Source of the DNA: Octopus bimaculoides
Taxonomy: Eukaryota
DNA length: 43,966 nt
Direction: 5' to 3'
NCBI RefSeq assembly: GCF_001194135.2
Contig: NC_068999.1
Span: forward strand, 44,954,626-44,998,591
The translations under genes were made by a program, and so were the position numbers. Shown here piece after piece: positions 1 through 12,010 of the stretch. Every line of letters begins with the position of its first letter. Position 1 is the stretch's first letter. The notes beneath the pieces were generated by a model. That model searched no databases and was not told the origin of the DNA. It was given only the letters and a program-made list of their open reading frames with translations.

Positions 1-316
1 TGTGTATGTATATATATATACGTGTGTATGTATATATATATACGTGTGTATGTATATATATATACGTGTGTATGTATATATATATACGTGTGTGTATGTA
101 TATATATATACGTATGTGTATATATATATATACGTATGTGTATATATATATATATAGACGTATGTGTATATATATATATATAAAGACGTATGTATATATA
201 AATATATATATATATATATGTACACACATTTATATACACTGCCACATATATATGCATATACATATGTAAGTATATGTATACATATGTTTGTGTGTCTCTG
301 TATGTGCATGCGTGAA

Positions 317-400
<84 letters not shown>
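1..400. repeat. Compound (TA)n/(TATG)n microsatellite with a ~24-bp higher-order unit (TACGTGTGTATGTATATATATATA-like, about 6 copies at 1-175)
   Basis: Directly visible periodicity; it explains the YI/CV-repeat ORFs. Confidence 0.95.
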
Positions 401-405
<5 letters not shown>

Positions 406-629
406 ATTCGATATCAAAATAGGTGGGGGGGGTCACACGTCTAAATATGCATTTACACTTGTTTCTGTCCCCCCCGCACCACCAACACGCCCATCCTCCA
501 CCTTTCATATAAAATGGAGCTGGTATTTTGTAAATTGTATTAGTGAGTTTGTGTTGTTTGCCCCCGAATATTTAAATTAGATGACATCAAAGAAACTTAA
601 CCATTCAGTTAAAAAAAAAACTTTCTATG

Positions 630-637
630 TATGCGAG

Positions 638-671
<34 letters not shown>

Positions 672-1085
672 TCTGCGTATATTATTAGGTGCGGGCGTGT
701 TTGAAGATGTGTGTGTGTACTTTATTTTTGTATCTGGCGCACGTAGATACATTTATTCAGATATATATATATATATACACACACACAAACGTGTGTTTAT
801 GTACATGTATGTGTGTATTCACACACATATATATATATATAACGCAGATACACACACACACTTGCGCACAGACACGCTCTAACGCACACAAACACGCATG
901 TATATAGACAGACAGACAGAGAAAGAGAGAGAAGTACTCTCGTTCAGACACACACTCAAGCTCGCTGACATGCATACAAAAACACATATATACATAACAT
1001 TTATATATATGTATATATATATATGTATGTATGTATGTATGTACTTACAGAGATATACAAGTGTGTGTGTGTGTGTATGCCTATG
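630..1085. repeat. Compound (GT)n/(CA)n/(TA)n/(TATG)n microsatellite field
   Basis: Directly visible simple repeats. Confidence 0.85.
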
Positions 1086-1585
1086 TAGCACGATTACATA
1101 CCTCAAATTTTTTCACAGTATTAACTTTTGCTGATGCAAATCACTTTTCGTCTCTACGTCTTCTTATTGATTATATTTGATTAACTTAACGATGCTTACC
1201 TACTTCCATTATGGAATAAAACTTCAGTCAAAAACTAGCATTAAATTCGATTGGCGGGAACCAAATTGTCTCATTGTATTCGTTTCTGACGTCACATTTG
1301 ATGACGTTGCCGTCATTATCCATCGTCGTCCTCGCTGTCGTCTGCTTTACCTCCGTCACTGAAGTTGTCTGCTGAAGTTTCTCATTAACATGTTCGATCA
1401 GACAACTCTATACAGATTATAACATCTGTTGATAATAAATGTTCTGTTAATAATTATCACATGACGACAGCCTCAGCGCTTGATCCCACCGAAATCTCCT
1501 CAAATTGTGAACCAACGCGACCTTCTACATGATCTAGGAAGCTGCCTGAAATAGCAGTTAAAATGCCTTCAAAACTCTACATGTT

Positions 1586-1840
1586 AATATTCTTTTCAAC
1601 ACTAGGCACAAAATTTTTAGGGAGGGGCCAGTTGATTAGATCGACCCCCCCCCCCCNNNNNNNNNNNNNNNNNNNNNNNNNNNNNNNNNNNNAGTACACA
1701 ACTGTTACTTAATTTATCAACCCCGAAAGGATGAAAGGCAAAGTCGACCTCGGCGGAATTTGAACTTAGAACGTAAAGACAGACGAAATACCGCTAAGCA
1801 TTTCGCCCGGCGTGCTAACATGTCTGCCAGCTCGTCTCCT
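1586..1840 (-). mobile_element. tRNA-derived SINE family A, interrupted by an N gap at 1657-1692
   Basis: The reverse complement matches the copies at 9960 and 43699: CTGGCAGA..GTTAGCACGCCGGGCGAAATGCTTAGCGGTATTTCGTC..GTTCAAATTCCGCCGAGGTCGACTTTGCCTTTCATCCTTTCGGGG. Confidence 0.92.
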
Positions 1841-1989
1841 TTTTACCTGTAAATATTAAAAAGAGAAGAACATGTTCCACAACGAAATTTTGGTTACATT
1901 ATTTGACAGTTTGCGTAAAAGGAAAAGAAAACACTGTATCCTATCTAAAAATATAAATATTTTCAACATTTAATATCAACTATACTATG

Positions 1990-2480
1990 CCTAGGAGTTA
2001 ATAGTTTAATCAAAGTAGCTTCCACCACGGCTTGAAGCCGGCTCCATAACCTGGTACATGCGTTCCACAGTGTGGCCTTAGAAAGATCTTTAAAAAATGT
2101 CCTTGACCTGGGCCACTAGCTCGGTCTTGCTGTTGTAAGCAGAGTAGTTGATGCGTTTTTCAACTGTGCCACACAGATAAGAGTCGACTGTTGCGATGTA
2201 TGTGTCCTACACTTTCCAGTTATCTTTTGACCACAGTCTCCAGCAGCATCACAAAGCCGTCTGAATCGAATTCGAGGCTTTGTTCTTCAGCTGTTGGGTG
2301 AATTATGTCATTTGGATGCAGTGAGAACACCTATGTCCCTTCCAGCTGGTCACGGCTTCGTAGTCTCTGTTGCAGCTGCCCACGTTGCATCTTTCAGCCT
2401 TTACGGCGTTCACGGAGCATTGAGCAGCAGTCATGATTTTGTCATTTTGATATCCGACGCTAATCATCGCGATATAGGTA
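1990..2480 (-). mobile_element. Internally deleted Tc1/mariner-superfamily transposase relic
   Basis: Manual minus-strand translation gives three pieces: N-terminal MISVGYQNDKIMTAAQCSVNAVK (ATG at 2467), middle DSDGFVMLLETVVK (2267-2226), and C-terminal YLCGTVEKRINYSAYNSKTELVAQVKDIF/KDLSKATLWNACTRLWSRLQAVVEA (2179-2014, 1-bp frameshift in a T6 run). The last piece resembles the Tc1/mariner C-terminal helices; the catalytic triad is missing. Confidence 0.75.
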
Positions 2481-3164
2481 ACTCTTTTTTAATAATCAGA
2501 TGGCTTCCAGTCCTCTATGTCAACTAACTTTTTCTCAGCTACAACTTTAATCTTCATGCTCTCCAACGACGTTGTCTGTTCACCAGTACATCAAGCTATT
2601 CCTGAAAAAGGGAGGCGTAAATATCAAATTTAGCTCAAATACTGTATGCCATATATATATATGTACACGCACACACACTCGCCCACACGTTTATGTATGT
2701 GTGTGGGCTCATATATTCAAACGTAATGATGACTATACAGAACCATCTCAGATTACACCACACGTACTTCCACACACAGTAATTACACACACGCACACAA
2801 ACATGCGCACGCACACACTCACGCACAAACACATATGGATAGATATTTTTCAAGGGAATTCTTCTCAAATTGCTCGGAACCCCAAACTAAATAGAAGTCT
2901 CTGATTCTGGATACTTTTGTCACTTGACGCTGTCTATTCTGACAGAAAGGTGTATTCAATAAGAATCAGCCGATGTCATGTCCCTTAAGATGGCCGCCAT
3001 CATTTTTACCGAAAATTCCCCAATGAAATCTTAAAGCAAATGGATACTGCTATCGTATAAGAGAAAGAAAGTACATCAAATTGATCTCACCGAACAGGAG
3101 AGCGTTGGCTATTACTGATTTATACTGTATTACTCTAAGTTGTTGCTGTTATTCGAGTTGTAAC

Positions 3165-3175
3165 TGTTGTTGTTG

Positions 3176-3224
<49 letters not shown>

Positions 3225-3482
3225 CGATCTTTGTAGATTTCCAGTAAAAACTTACACAGAGTCCCGTAGTGATCGTTGGTGAATATCATTGTTTGATACA
3301 AAGCTAATCCCGTGAGGAGTTTCTGATCGGATTGAATAGCAGCCATATTGAAAAGGATTAAAAGAACATTCGAGAATAGACGAGGTCAAAGACGACAAGA
3401 CAAGACAAGACAAGACACATACTCTCTCTCTCCCTCACGTCGCCAGATAAACCATGATGTTGATGATGATGATGACGATAAA

Positions 3483-3529
<47 letters not shown>

Positions 3530-3545
3530 ACAATGATAATGATAA
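3165..3545. repeat. (GTT)n/(ATT)n tract at 3165-3224 and (GAT)n/(AAT)n tract at 3460-3545
   Basis: Directly visible trinucleotide repeats. Confidence 0.9.
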
Positions 3546-3954
3546 CAAGCCGTATGAAGTCGTGTAATATAGCAAAGAGAAACAGCATCGTGTGTCCCGG
3601 AAATCAGACATCGACTTAACTTGACGACGGTTTTGTCACTAATTGGCAAAAACTAGCGAACACGTGATTCTAAAGAAGGATTCTCTAGCAAATCCACACA
3701 NNNNNNNNNNNNNNNNNNNNNNNNNNNNNNNNNNNNNNNNCCGCAAACGCTAACGCCAACCTCAACGCCAGCACCACCACTACCACCTTCCTGCACTCGT
3801 CTCCTTCGATACCTCGTTCTTCATTCAACGATGAAATATCACAGTGTGATTTTTTTCAAATTAATTTGGAAGCAAGATGTTTCTCGGTCGAATGGCACCG
3901 ATTTTTGCGACACGAAGTCTCCCGCCACTTACCATTCCTAGCTACCTTTCTTCC

Positions 3955-4599
3955 TTATCATCATCATCATCATCATCGCCATCATCTCCTTCTTCTCTCC
4001 TCCTTTTTCTTCATTCTCCTCCTCCTCCTACAGCTCTAATTCCTCATTCAAGTCTCTCTCTCTCCCCACTTCCTACATATACACGTCTTCTCTGATAATT
4101 CTTGTATACTCTCCCTCATTGATATTCTCTCTCCCACCTTCTCCCTCTTTCTTTCTCTCTTTCTCTCCCTCTCTGCTACGCACACACTTTCACTTTTCCT
4201 TACATACACCCTCTCACAGACACAGTCTCTCTTGTACGCAAACCCTAACTTTTCATCTGTCTCTCTTTTACTCTTATACCTACATACATACTCTCACTCT
4301 CTCTTCCTCTCCCCTCTCTCTCACTCTCTCTCACACACACTCTCTCTCTCTCAAACAGATTTCATTTCATATACGCAAACTGACATTCTCACTGGCATAG
4401 ACTTTTGTTTACTCTTTCTTCCTCTATTTTACACACACACATACACTGTTTTTAATACACACTCACTCTTCTATATAAACATACATACACACCCACACTG
4501 AATCTCTCTTACATACACTGTCTTTCTTTCCTTGTCTGTCTCTCAGTCTCTTCTTTCTCTCTCTCTCTCTCTCTTCTTTCTCTCTCTCTTCCTCTTCTT

Positions 4600-4661
<62 letters not shown>

Positions 4662-5225
4662 CCACTTCTCTCTGTCTCCCACTTCTCCCTCTATCTCCCT
4701 CTTGTTTCTCTTTCTGTCTCTCTCCCTCAGTCTCTCTCTCTCTCTCTCTCCCGTTTCTCATTCTCAGTTATTTTTCTCCTCCTCTTCCTCCTCCACCCAC
4801 ATTCACAGTATACCCTCTCCCTTTTCCTCTCTCTCTCTCTTCTTCCTCTCTCTTATCCCTCTCTCTCCTTCTCTTCTCTCTCCAGCTTTTTCTCTTCCTC
4901 CCTCTCTCTCTTCCTATTCCTTCCCCTTCTCTCTTCCTCCCTCTCTCTCTTCCTATTCATTCCCCTTCTCTCTTCCTCCCTCTCTCTCTCTCTCCTCTCT
5001 CTCCCGCCACTCTCTCCAACCTTTCTCTTCCCCCTCTCTCTTACTCCTCTCTTTTTCCACTCTCTCCATTCTACTCTCCTCCCCTCTCTCTCTTTTCCCA
5101 TATCTCTCCTCCTCTCTCATACCCCTCTTTCCTTCCTCCCCTCTCTCTCTATCTCACCCTCTCTCTTTCTCCTTGTCTCTCCCCGTCTCTTGCTTTAACT
5201 AATCTCTGTCGCCTGTTTCCTTTCA
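3955..5225 (+). repeat. Polypyrimidine (CT-rich) low-complexity tract, nearly pure C/T at 4530-5220, with a 39-bp tandem unit near 4905-4990
   Basis: Visible (CT)n. The 39-bp unit CTTCTCTCTTCCTCCCTCTCTCTCTTCCTATTC(C/A)TTCCC-like recurs and appears as a 13-aa repeat in ORF 4532..5233. Confidence 0.92.
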
Positions 5226-5654
5226 TTTCATAAAGACCTTGATTTATATGCTCCATCGACCAAGCAATAATATTACATCATTAGCAGAAGGTTAACATGT
5301 TTACGGGAGGTCAAAATTGTCTTGGCAGTTATTCCCGACTAGCCAATCAAACATTACTCTCTTACACAGCCTTTCAATTCAGTTTCTGAGGCGAGCTGCT
5401 GTAATTATAGACTTCGTATTAGCAGAACGTTGCAGACAAGACTTTGCTCATGTTTACCCTTCTTCAAACCATTATTCTATGTTGTGATTTCTTTGCTGGT
5501 TAAATGAAATGAAATAAAATAGAATAGAATAAAGTAAATAGGGACATAGATATAAATATAAACAATAACTAACAAAAACAAACATATATTGAAATGCAAG
5601 GAAACGTAAAGAGCGATCCACAATCATATATAAGAGGTGTAGCAGTCGATTTAC

Positions 5655-5836
5655 CTATGAAATGTTATACATGCATCTATACATATATACATACATGCAT
5701 GCATATATAATTATATATACATATACATATATGAAAAAAATGCATACATCTATACGTATACGCAAACATGCATATATAAGCATACATTTATATATATGTA
5801 TGCATGCATACGTATATGCATACATATGTATATATG

Positions 5837-5882
<46 letters not shown>

Positions 5883-5941
5883 AATGATTACATCTATACA
5901 GATATATAGAGAGAGAGAGATACATACATGTATATTTACAG

Positions 5942-6032
<91 letters not shown>

Positions 6033-6850
6033 GTGGTTGTGTATCTGTGTATGTAGGGGTGTTGTTGTGTATGCATGTTTGTATTACATATATACGTGTG
6101 CGTATACGTCTGTTGTGTCCGTGCATCTATGCGTTTATATGTACATCTATATGTGTCTGTCTATTGCTATTGCATATGTATAAGTGTATATATCCGTATG
6201 TATGCGTATATATATGTATGTATATATATATAAGCATATATATATGTGTATATATATATATGTATATGTATGTATATATATGCATATATATGTATGTATA
6301 TATGTATATGTATGTATATATATGCATATATATGTATATGTATGTATATATATATATGTATATGTATGTATATATATATATATGTATATATATNNNNNNN
6401 NNNNNNNNNNNNNNNNNNNNNNNNNNNNNNNNNNNNNNNNNNNNNNNNNNNNNNNNNNNNNNNNNNNNNNNNNNNNNNNNNNNNNNNNNNNNNNNNNNNN
6501 NNNNNNNNNNNNNNNNNNNNNNNNNNNNNNNNNNNNNNNNNNNNNNNNNNNNNNNNNNNNNNNNNNNNNNNNNNNNNNNNNNNNNNNNNNNNNNNNNNNN
6601 NNNNNNNNNNNNNNNNNNNNNNNNNNNNNNNNNNNNNNNNNNNNNNNNNNNNNNNNNNNNNNNNNNNNNNNNATGTATATGTATGTATATATATATATAT
6701 GTATATGTATATATATATGTATATGTATGTATATATATATATATGTATATGTATGTATATATATATATGTATATATTTGTATATGTGTGTATGTGTGTGA
6801 ATGTATGTGTATGTATACGCATAAATATATATGCCTGTATATGAATATAT
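5655..6850. repeat. Large compound (TA)n/(TATG)n/(CATA)n microsatellite with an N gap at 6394-6672
   Basis: Directly visible. Confidence 0.93.
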
Positions 6851-7183
6851 GTGTATGTACGTCCGTATGTGAGGATGGGTGTAAAGCTATCTCCGCGCGC
6901 GCTCGTCTGTGTGTGCGAGTTTGTGTGTTTGTCTTAAATACCAAATTTGTTATTCTTCTTCTCGTTGTTGTCATGTTTTTGTTTAATTTCCATAGAAATT
7001 TTATCGATATCTGTGACGTCGGTTCATAAGAAAATGACATAAATATAACTCCAGTGATGTTTTTATAACTGTACAGATATTGAAATGAATTGCAGTTTTA
7101 ATTAAATTTGTCTTTGTACAACAACTGTTTCTCATTCGACTACGCGCTTCTGTACAGACGTGTAAGAATGTGCGCATTTAACA

Positions 7184-7184
<1 letters not shown>

Positions 7185-7230
<46 letters not shown>

Positions 7231-7470
7231 TGAATGTTTGCGTATGTGGAGTTTATTTGTGTGTGTCTCTGTATGTATGTATATANNNNNNNNNNNNNNN
7301 NNNNNNNNNNNNNNNNNNNNNNNNNNNNNNNNNNNNNNNNNNNNNNNNNNNNNNNNNNNNNNNNNNNNNNNNNNNNNNNNNNNNNNNNNNTTGCATGTAT
7401 ATATATATATATATATATATATAAACAATATATGAGTATATGCATATATATATACATGTATATATATATA

Positions 7471-7514
<44 letters not shown>

Positions 7515-7700
7515 CACGTTAAAATGAACTTGTGTGTGTGTGTGCAAGTATACGTTTGTATGTTTATACATGCGTACATGTGTGTATTTGTATGTGTATA
7601 CGTATGTGCATATACATATATATGCTAATATCTGAATATTTGTATTATACACACCTACATACATGCATGCATGCATGTACCTATGCATGCATGTATGTGT
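7185..7700. repeat. Compound (GT)n/(TA)n/(TATG)n microsatellite with an N gap at 7286-7390
   Basis: Directly visible. Confidence 0.9.
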
Positions 7701-7959
7701 AACTGTGAGTGTATAGTGATCGGTGTATAACTTTATATTCCTAAGAATCTCGAATCATTATCCGGAGATGAATTTAACCAGATATGCCAAGAGGTTTGAC
7801 AACCGTCGTAACATTTATATTGCAGCTAATTATATTTTTTCCTATATGAAACTAAATCATAATTAGGAATGGTTTAATTATTATTAAGATCACTACGCTT
7901 AATAAGGCGGAGAAAGAAAGGAAAGATGAAGGAGTGGAGGGTGGCTGAAATAACTATTT

Positions 7960-8015
7960 TGTGGCATTAGCTTTCGTCTTACAATATTCTAAGTTCAAAT
8001 CGCGCCAATGTCGGC
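7960..8015 (+). mobile_element. Highly degenerate SINE-A internal fragment
   Basis: CTTTCGTCTTACAATATTCTAAGTTCAAATCGCGCCAATGTCGGCTT resembles the family-A segment TTTCGTC..TACGTTCTGAGTTCAAATTCCGCCGAGGTCGACTT seen in other copies. Confidence 0.5.
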
Positions 8016-8042
8016 TTAGATTGAATTATTTTTATTATCATC

Positions 8043-8330
8043 ATTATTATTATTATTATTATTGTATTTGTACAAGTTGGCTCCAAATCTCACCCAGAGA
8101 CCTCAAGAGACAAGAAGTAAGAAGTTCTTGTTGGTGTTATGCGTAGGGTGCCATATATTTGGTTTGCCCAAAGTATTGTTCTCGAGAACGTTTAAGAAAA
8201 TATAAGAAAATTATGAGTTTGTTTTAAAATTTGAGATTAACAGACAGTATTTTACGTAGGATATGGGAAGTTCCCGTGAGCACTGCCATTTGAATTTCTG
8301 GCATTTTGGGTGTGACAAGGCAGCACCTTA
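8043..8330 (-). mobile_element. 5'-truncated RLE-type (R4/Dong-like) non-LTR retrotransposon: ORF C-terminus, 3' UTR and (TAA)n tail
   Basis: Minus strand 8310-8242 translates PKMPEIQMAVLTGTSHILRKILS, matching the terminal 'E(I/L)QK..LLGT..ILRK.L' helix of RLE non-LTR ORFs. About 180 bp of UTR follow, then a (TAA)n tail (ATT repeats at 8043-8063 on +). Confidence 0.8.
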
Positions 8331-8430
8331 TGAATTGCATGTACAATCCACCTGACGCGCTTCTTTACAGTTTCCATCTACCCAGCTTCATTCACAAGGT
8401 ATCGGTCGACTCGAACCTGTACAAAATATA

Positions 8431-8518
8431 TTTGCCCCAAATGCCTTGCAGTGAAAATCGAACCTAGAAGTTCGTGGTTGCGAAGCGAATTTCTTAACCA
8501 TTTGGCCGTGCTGCGTCT
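8431..8518 (-). mobile_element. SINE family B 5' head, degenerate
   Basis: The reverse complement AGACGCAGCACGGCCAAATGGTTAAGAAATTCGCTTCGCAACCACGAACTTCTAGGTTCGATTTTCACTGCAAGGCATTTGGGGCAAA aligns by eye to the heads at 17877 and 31905. Confidence 0.7.
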
Positions 8519-8533
8519 ATCATCATACATACA

Positions 8534-8536
<3 letters not shown>

Positions 8537-8598
<62 letters not shown>
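8537..8598. repeat. (GT)n microsatellite
   Basis: Directly visible. Confidence 0.97.
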
Positions 8599-8601
<3 letters not shown>

Positions 8602-8649
8602 TGTGGTTGTGTGACAGTGAGTCAAGTTACGTCTCTTTATGTCACAAGA

Positions 8650-8770
8650 TAACTTAGCTACTCGATACATTTTGATCGATAAAGTACTAGGGTCCATACG
8701 ACGAACTAAAAGTGTCCTTGAAGGTGGTGCCACAGCATGGCTGCAGTTCAATGACTGAGACCAGTAATCG
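8650..8770 (+). mobile_element. SINE family B 3' part
   Basis: AACTTAGC..AAGTACTAGGGTC..GAAGGTGGTGCCACAGCATGGCTGCAGTTCAATGACTGAGACCAGTAA matches the B tails at 21830 and 32190. Confidence 0.75.
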
Positions 8771-9959
8771 ATTGTCCTTATAAGGAAGGAGACGAAAACT
8801 AGACAGCGACTAAATTCTTGTGACTAAACACTTGACCTGTCATTTGTATCTTTTTGCTTTTCTTTTCAAACCATTTCTCAAGATTTTATTATCGTCTGCA
8901 TGCTGCGAGAGCTCGACTGTATAATTATGGATCAAATTTTTGATCAAATGATGTAAGAGATTATTTTTAATAGTAATTTCCTGGAAAAAATAGGGCGAAA
9001 TTTATGAACAATCGAAATGGTAGTCATGTTAAACATTATAAAAGACAACGCAGCTAAATGTTTTTAACGTGAAGTGTAACCCAATGTTATTTCGTTTTGT
9101 TTCGTTTCTCTAATCAAAGACAAACAGCATCTATTAAATCATAACTTATTCTTCAGAGAATGGTCAACTGTTTTTCATGGCTTCGTTGACTTCTTTCCGC
9201 AAATGGAAAATAAAAACTTGCAAATTATATTAACTTAAAGTGAAGTTTACTGAGACTACAAGATATTTTTCTAATATTAATGACTTTAAAAGAAATATCT
9301 CCAAATTATTCAACACATAGGATGATTTATATAAATGAAAGTGTCTTCAAAGAAATTCCAAGACAAAGAATATTCTCAGAAGAACCGTTTTAAGTTGAAA
9401 AATGGAAAATAAATTCCCTGTACGACTGACAGAAAGATGCTTCCAAAGAATACAATAAAAGCTTTATCTGCTGACATATAGCCAAGTTTCTTGTGGAATG
9501 TTTGCTCACTAAGAACTAATAGTTTTATTTAAAATAGCGTTAATATCGCCGATGGTGTTTAGATTTTCAAAAACTAAAAAAAAAGAGCAACGCAAAGAGA
9601 GAGAAAGGAAGAGAGAGAGAAAAGACGATGCATGGTACCAATTGAAGTGATATGTTCTATAATGGTAAATTCTAAAGATGAAGGATTTTCGCAATTTTCA
9701 GAAAATGTTTATGCAAAAAGTACGGTTGATAAACTGAAATTTATTACTGCGTCAATTTCAAAACTAAACTACTAAAGTGTAGATATTTCTTGAGTTCGTT
9801 CGTCTCTCGAAAGGTTTCTATGACCTAAAGCAGTGGTTCTGAACCATTTCTGGCCCCTATTGACCCCCTTAGAATCCTATTCTATTCTACTGGACCCTCA
9901 TTACCATTTTATGTCCAAAAAAATCCTATTGTGTTTTTATAATTAAATATCATTATTAA

Positions 9960-10190
9960 GGCGGTGAGCTGGCAGAAACGTTAGCACGCCGGGCGAAATG
10001 CTTAGCGTTATTTCGCCTGCCGCTACGTTCTGAGTTCAAATTCCGCCGAGATTGACTTCGCTTTTCATCCTTTCAAGGTCGATTAAATAAGTACCAGTTA
10101 TGCACTGGGGTCGGTGTAATCAATTGTTTCCCTCCCCACAAAATCCAGGCCGTGTGCCTATAGTATAAAGGATAACTAAATATTATTATA
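9960..10190 (+). mobile_element. SINE family A, full length
   Basis: GGCGGTGAGCTGGCAGAAACGTTAG head with A-box-like motif, B-box GAGTTCAAATTCC, body AAGTACCAG..CTGGGGTCG, tail GGCCGTGTGCCTATAGTATAAAGGATAA..ATTATT. Confidence 0.93.
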
Positions 10191-10415
10191 AGGCAGCGAG
10201 CTGACAGAATCGTTAGCACACCGGACGAAATGCTTAGTGGTATTTCGTCTGCCGCTACGTTGTGAGTTCAAATTCCGCCGAGATTGACTCTGCCTTTCAT
10301 CTTTTCGGGGTCGATAAAATAAGTACCAGTTGAACATTGGGGTCGATATAATCGATTCATCCCCACTTCCCCCAAGCTGCCCTTCTGGCAAAAATAAAAA
10401 AAATCATTATTATTA
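10191..10415 (+). mobile_element. SINE family A, second copy in tandem
   Basis: GGCAGCGAGCTGACAGAATCGTTAG..GAGTTCAAATTCCGCCGAG..AAGTACCAG..TTGGGGTCGAT with an (ATT)n tail. Confidence 0.92.
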
Positions 10416-11604
10416 TGAATTCCATAAAAATAAATTAAAATATTTTGTGTATTGTGAAAGAATAATCAATTCATTGCACATAGATTTTAGCAGCAGAATC
10501 TTACATGGACCCCACCCCAAGGGTTGTATGGACCTCACTACCCTAAACAATACACACTGCCTTAAACTACATCACCCTAAATTTGCAATTCTTAATTTGG
10601 GGTAAATAATCCTTGCGGATTCTAATTGAGGAAATTGTTGCTTGCTTGGAAAATGACTTTTCGATATTTGCATTTTTACAGATTTATTTTCCGTTAATAT
10701 TGATTTTAAGGTTGTCAATATTAAATTGATATAAGGTTGTTAATGCTACAAACTGTGTTATGTGCAAGATTAATTTTTTCTAATCATGTTGGGGAAAAGT
10801 CAGAGTGGTGAGCATACAAAGTGGTGGGAAATACATAGAGAAGACAAAAGAACCAGTTATTAATTCATAAAGTGCACACAGACCAGCGTGAGCCCAAACA
10901 ATAATGCATCAATTCGTTTCTAATACGTTCTGACCGATTTTGCAAATGGAGAATGTCTCCTCCTTTTGTGTGTTATATTTTCGTGATATTTTCACAGTAG
11001 GCGTGATTCATCGCTGCACTGGTGTAAGGTGACTTTGTGATGTCGCGGGTGTTTCGGCCTCCTTGTGTTCTCCTCAGTCAAAGCTGCTCCGCGAAGCAAA
11101 AAAAAAAAACAGCGTTNNNNNNNNNNAAAAAAAAAAAAACAGCGTTCAACTATTCACGTTCGAATCTGCCAGAAGTTAAGAATAAATAAATAAGTTATTA
11201 TGAAGAAACAGCATTGTATACCTTTCTGACATCACGTGTTTCTAGTGTAACAGTTTCAAAAAACTGACGCTTAACCTTTGATACACTAACACTTAACCTC
11301 AAACACACTAGCGACACCTACTCTAAGTTTACTCAGCATCTCTGCTTCTCCAGAACAAAGCATTTTTACCGGTTTAAAAAAATGTATATTCTCCATTGTT
11401 AGAAAATAAAGAGCTTTTCTTCAATGAAATGTATTTTCTGATATCGTGAACAAATCAGCTTCGACTTTGAAAAACACATAATGGCGAACTAATTAGCTTA
11501 GCTATTTTATTTCATACAAACCCTATATACAAATATGGTTCAACACAACTTAATTAAGATCTACATAAATAATATTTTCGTCCACCGAACTAGTTACAGT
11601 TTCA

Positions 11605-11606
11605 AA

Positions 11607-11650
<44 letters not shown>

Positions 11651-11660
11651 NNNNNNNNNN

Positions 11661-11699
<39 letters not shown>

Positions 11700-11965
11700 T
11701 GCATCGCTGTGTGATTAAGACCTTCGCTTAGAAACTATTTGGGTTCAGTCCGATTGCACAGCAGTTTTAGTATCTTCTACTATATCGCTGGGCCGATGAC
11801 TGCTTAGTGATTGAATTTGATAAACGAAAACCGTGCGGAAGCTCATCGTATATGTATATATGTATGTATGTATTTATTATGTATATATATGTATGTATTT
11901 ATTATATATTATATATATTGCGTATATATTATATATATATATTATATTTTGCGTATATATTATAC

Positions 11966-12010
<45 letters not shown>
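11605..12010. repeat. (TA)n/(TATG)n microsatellites flanking a degenerate SINE-B head, followed by an N gap at 12011-12569
   Basis: Directly visible. Confidence 0.85.
11701..11850 (+). mobile_element. Degenerate SINE family B 5' half
   Basis: GCTGTGTGATTAAG..GGGTTCAGTCCGATTGCAC..TCTTCTACTATATCGCTGGGCCGA..GGAAGCTCATCGTATATG parallels the copy at 31905. Confidence 0.7.

Larger units (their letters stand above)
9831..10535. mobile_element. hAT (Charlie-like) MITE, left arm 9831-9958 and right arm ~10413-10535, split by two SINE-A copies
   Basis: Starts CAGTGGTTCTGAACC, close to the Charlie-type terminus CAGTGGTTCTCAACC. TGGACCC motifs occur in both arms, and ATCATTATTA is directly repeated at 9949-9958 and 10403-10412 around the SINE pair. 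The right TIR is eroded. Confidence 0.55.

Noticed and set aside
3927-3935. Isolated strong splice donors (ATG/GTAAGT on minus at 3932; GAG/GTAAGT on plus near 30274; AG/GTAAGC on minus near 1199)
   Set aside because: No matching acceptor with an open, recognisable frame; such hexamers are expected by chance in 44 kb.
11046-11082. Minus-strand CTGAGGA..CCGAAAC motif
   Set aside because: No stem II pairing and no NUH triplet after GAAA.
11098-11146. Direct repeat A12CAGCGTT on both sides of a 10-N gap (similar duplications at 11605-11700, 19025-19100 and 29890-29995)
   Set aside because: Typical contig-overlap artefacts across short placeholder gaps, not biological duplications.
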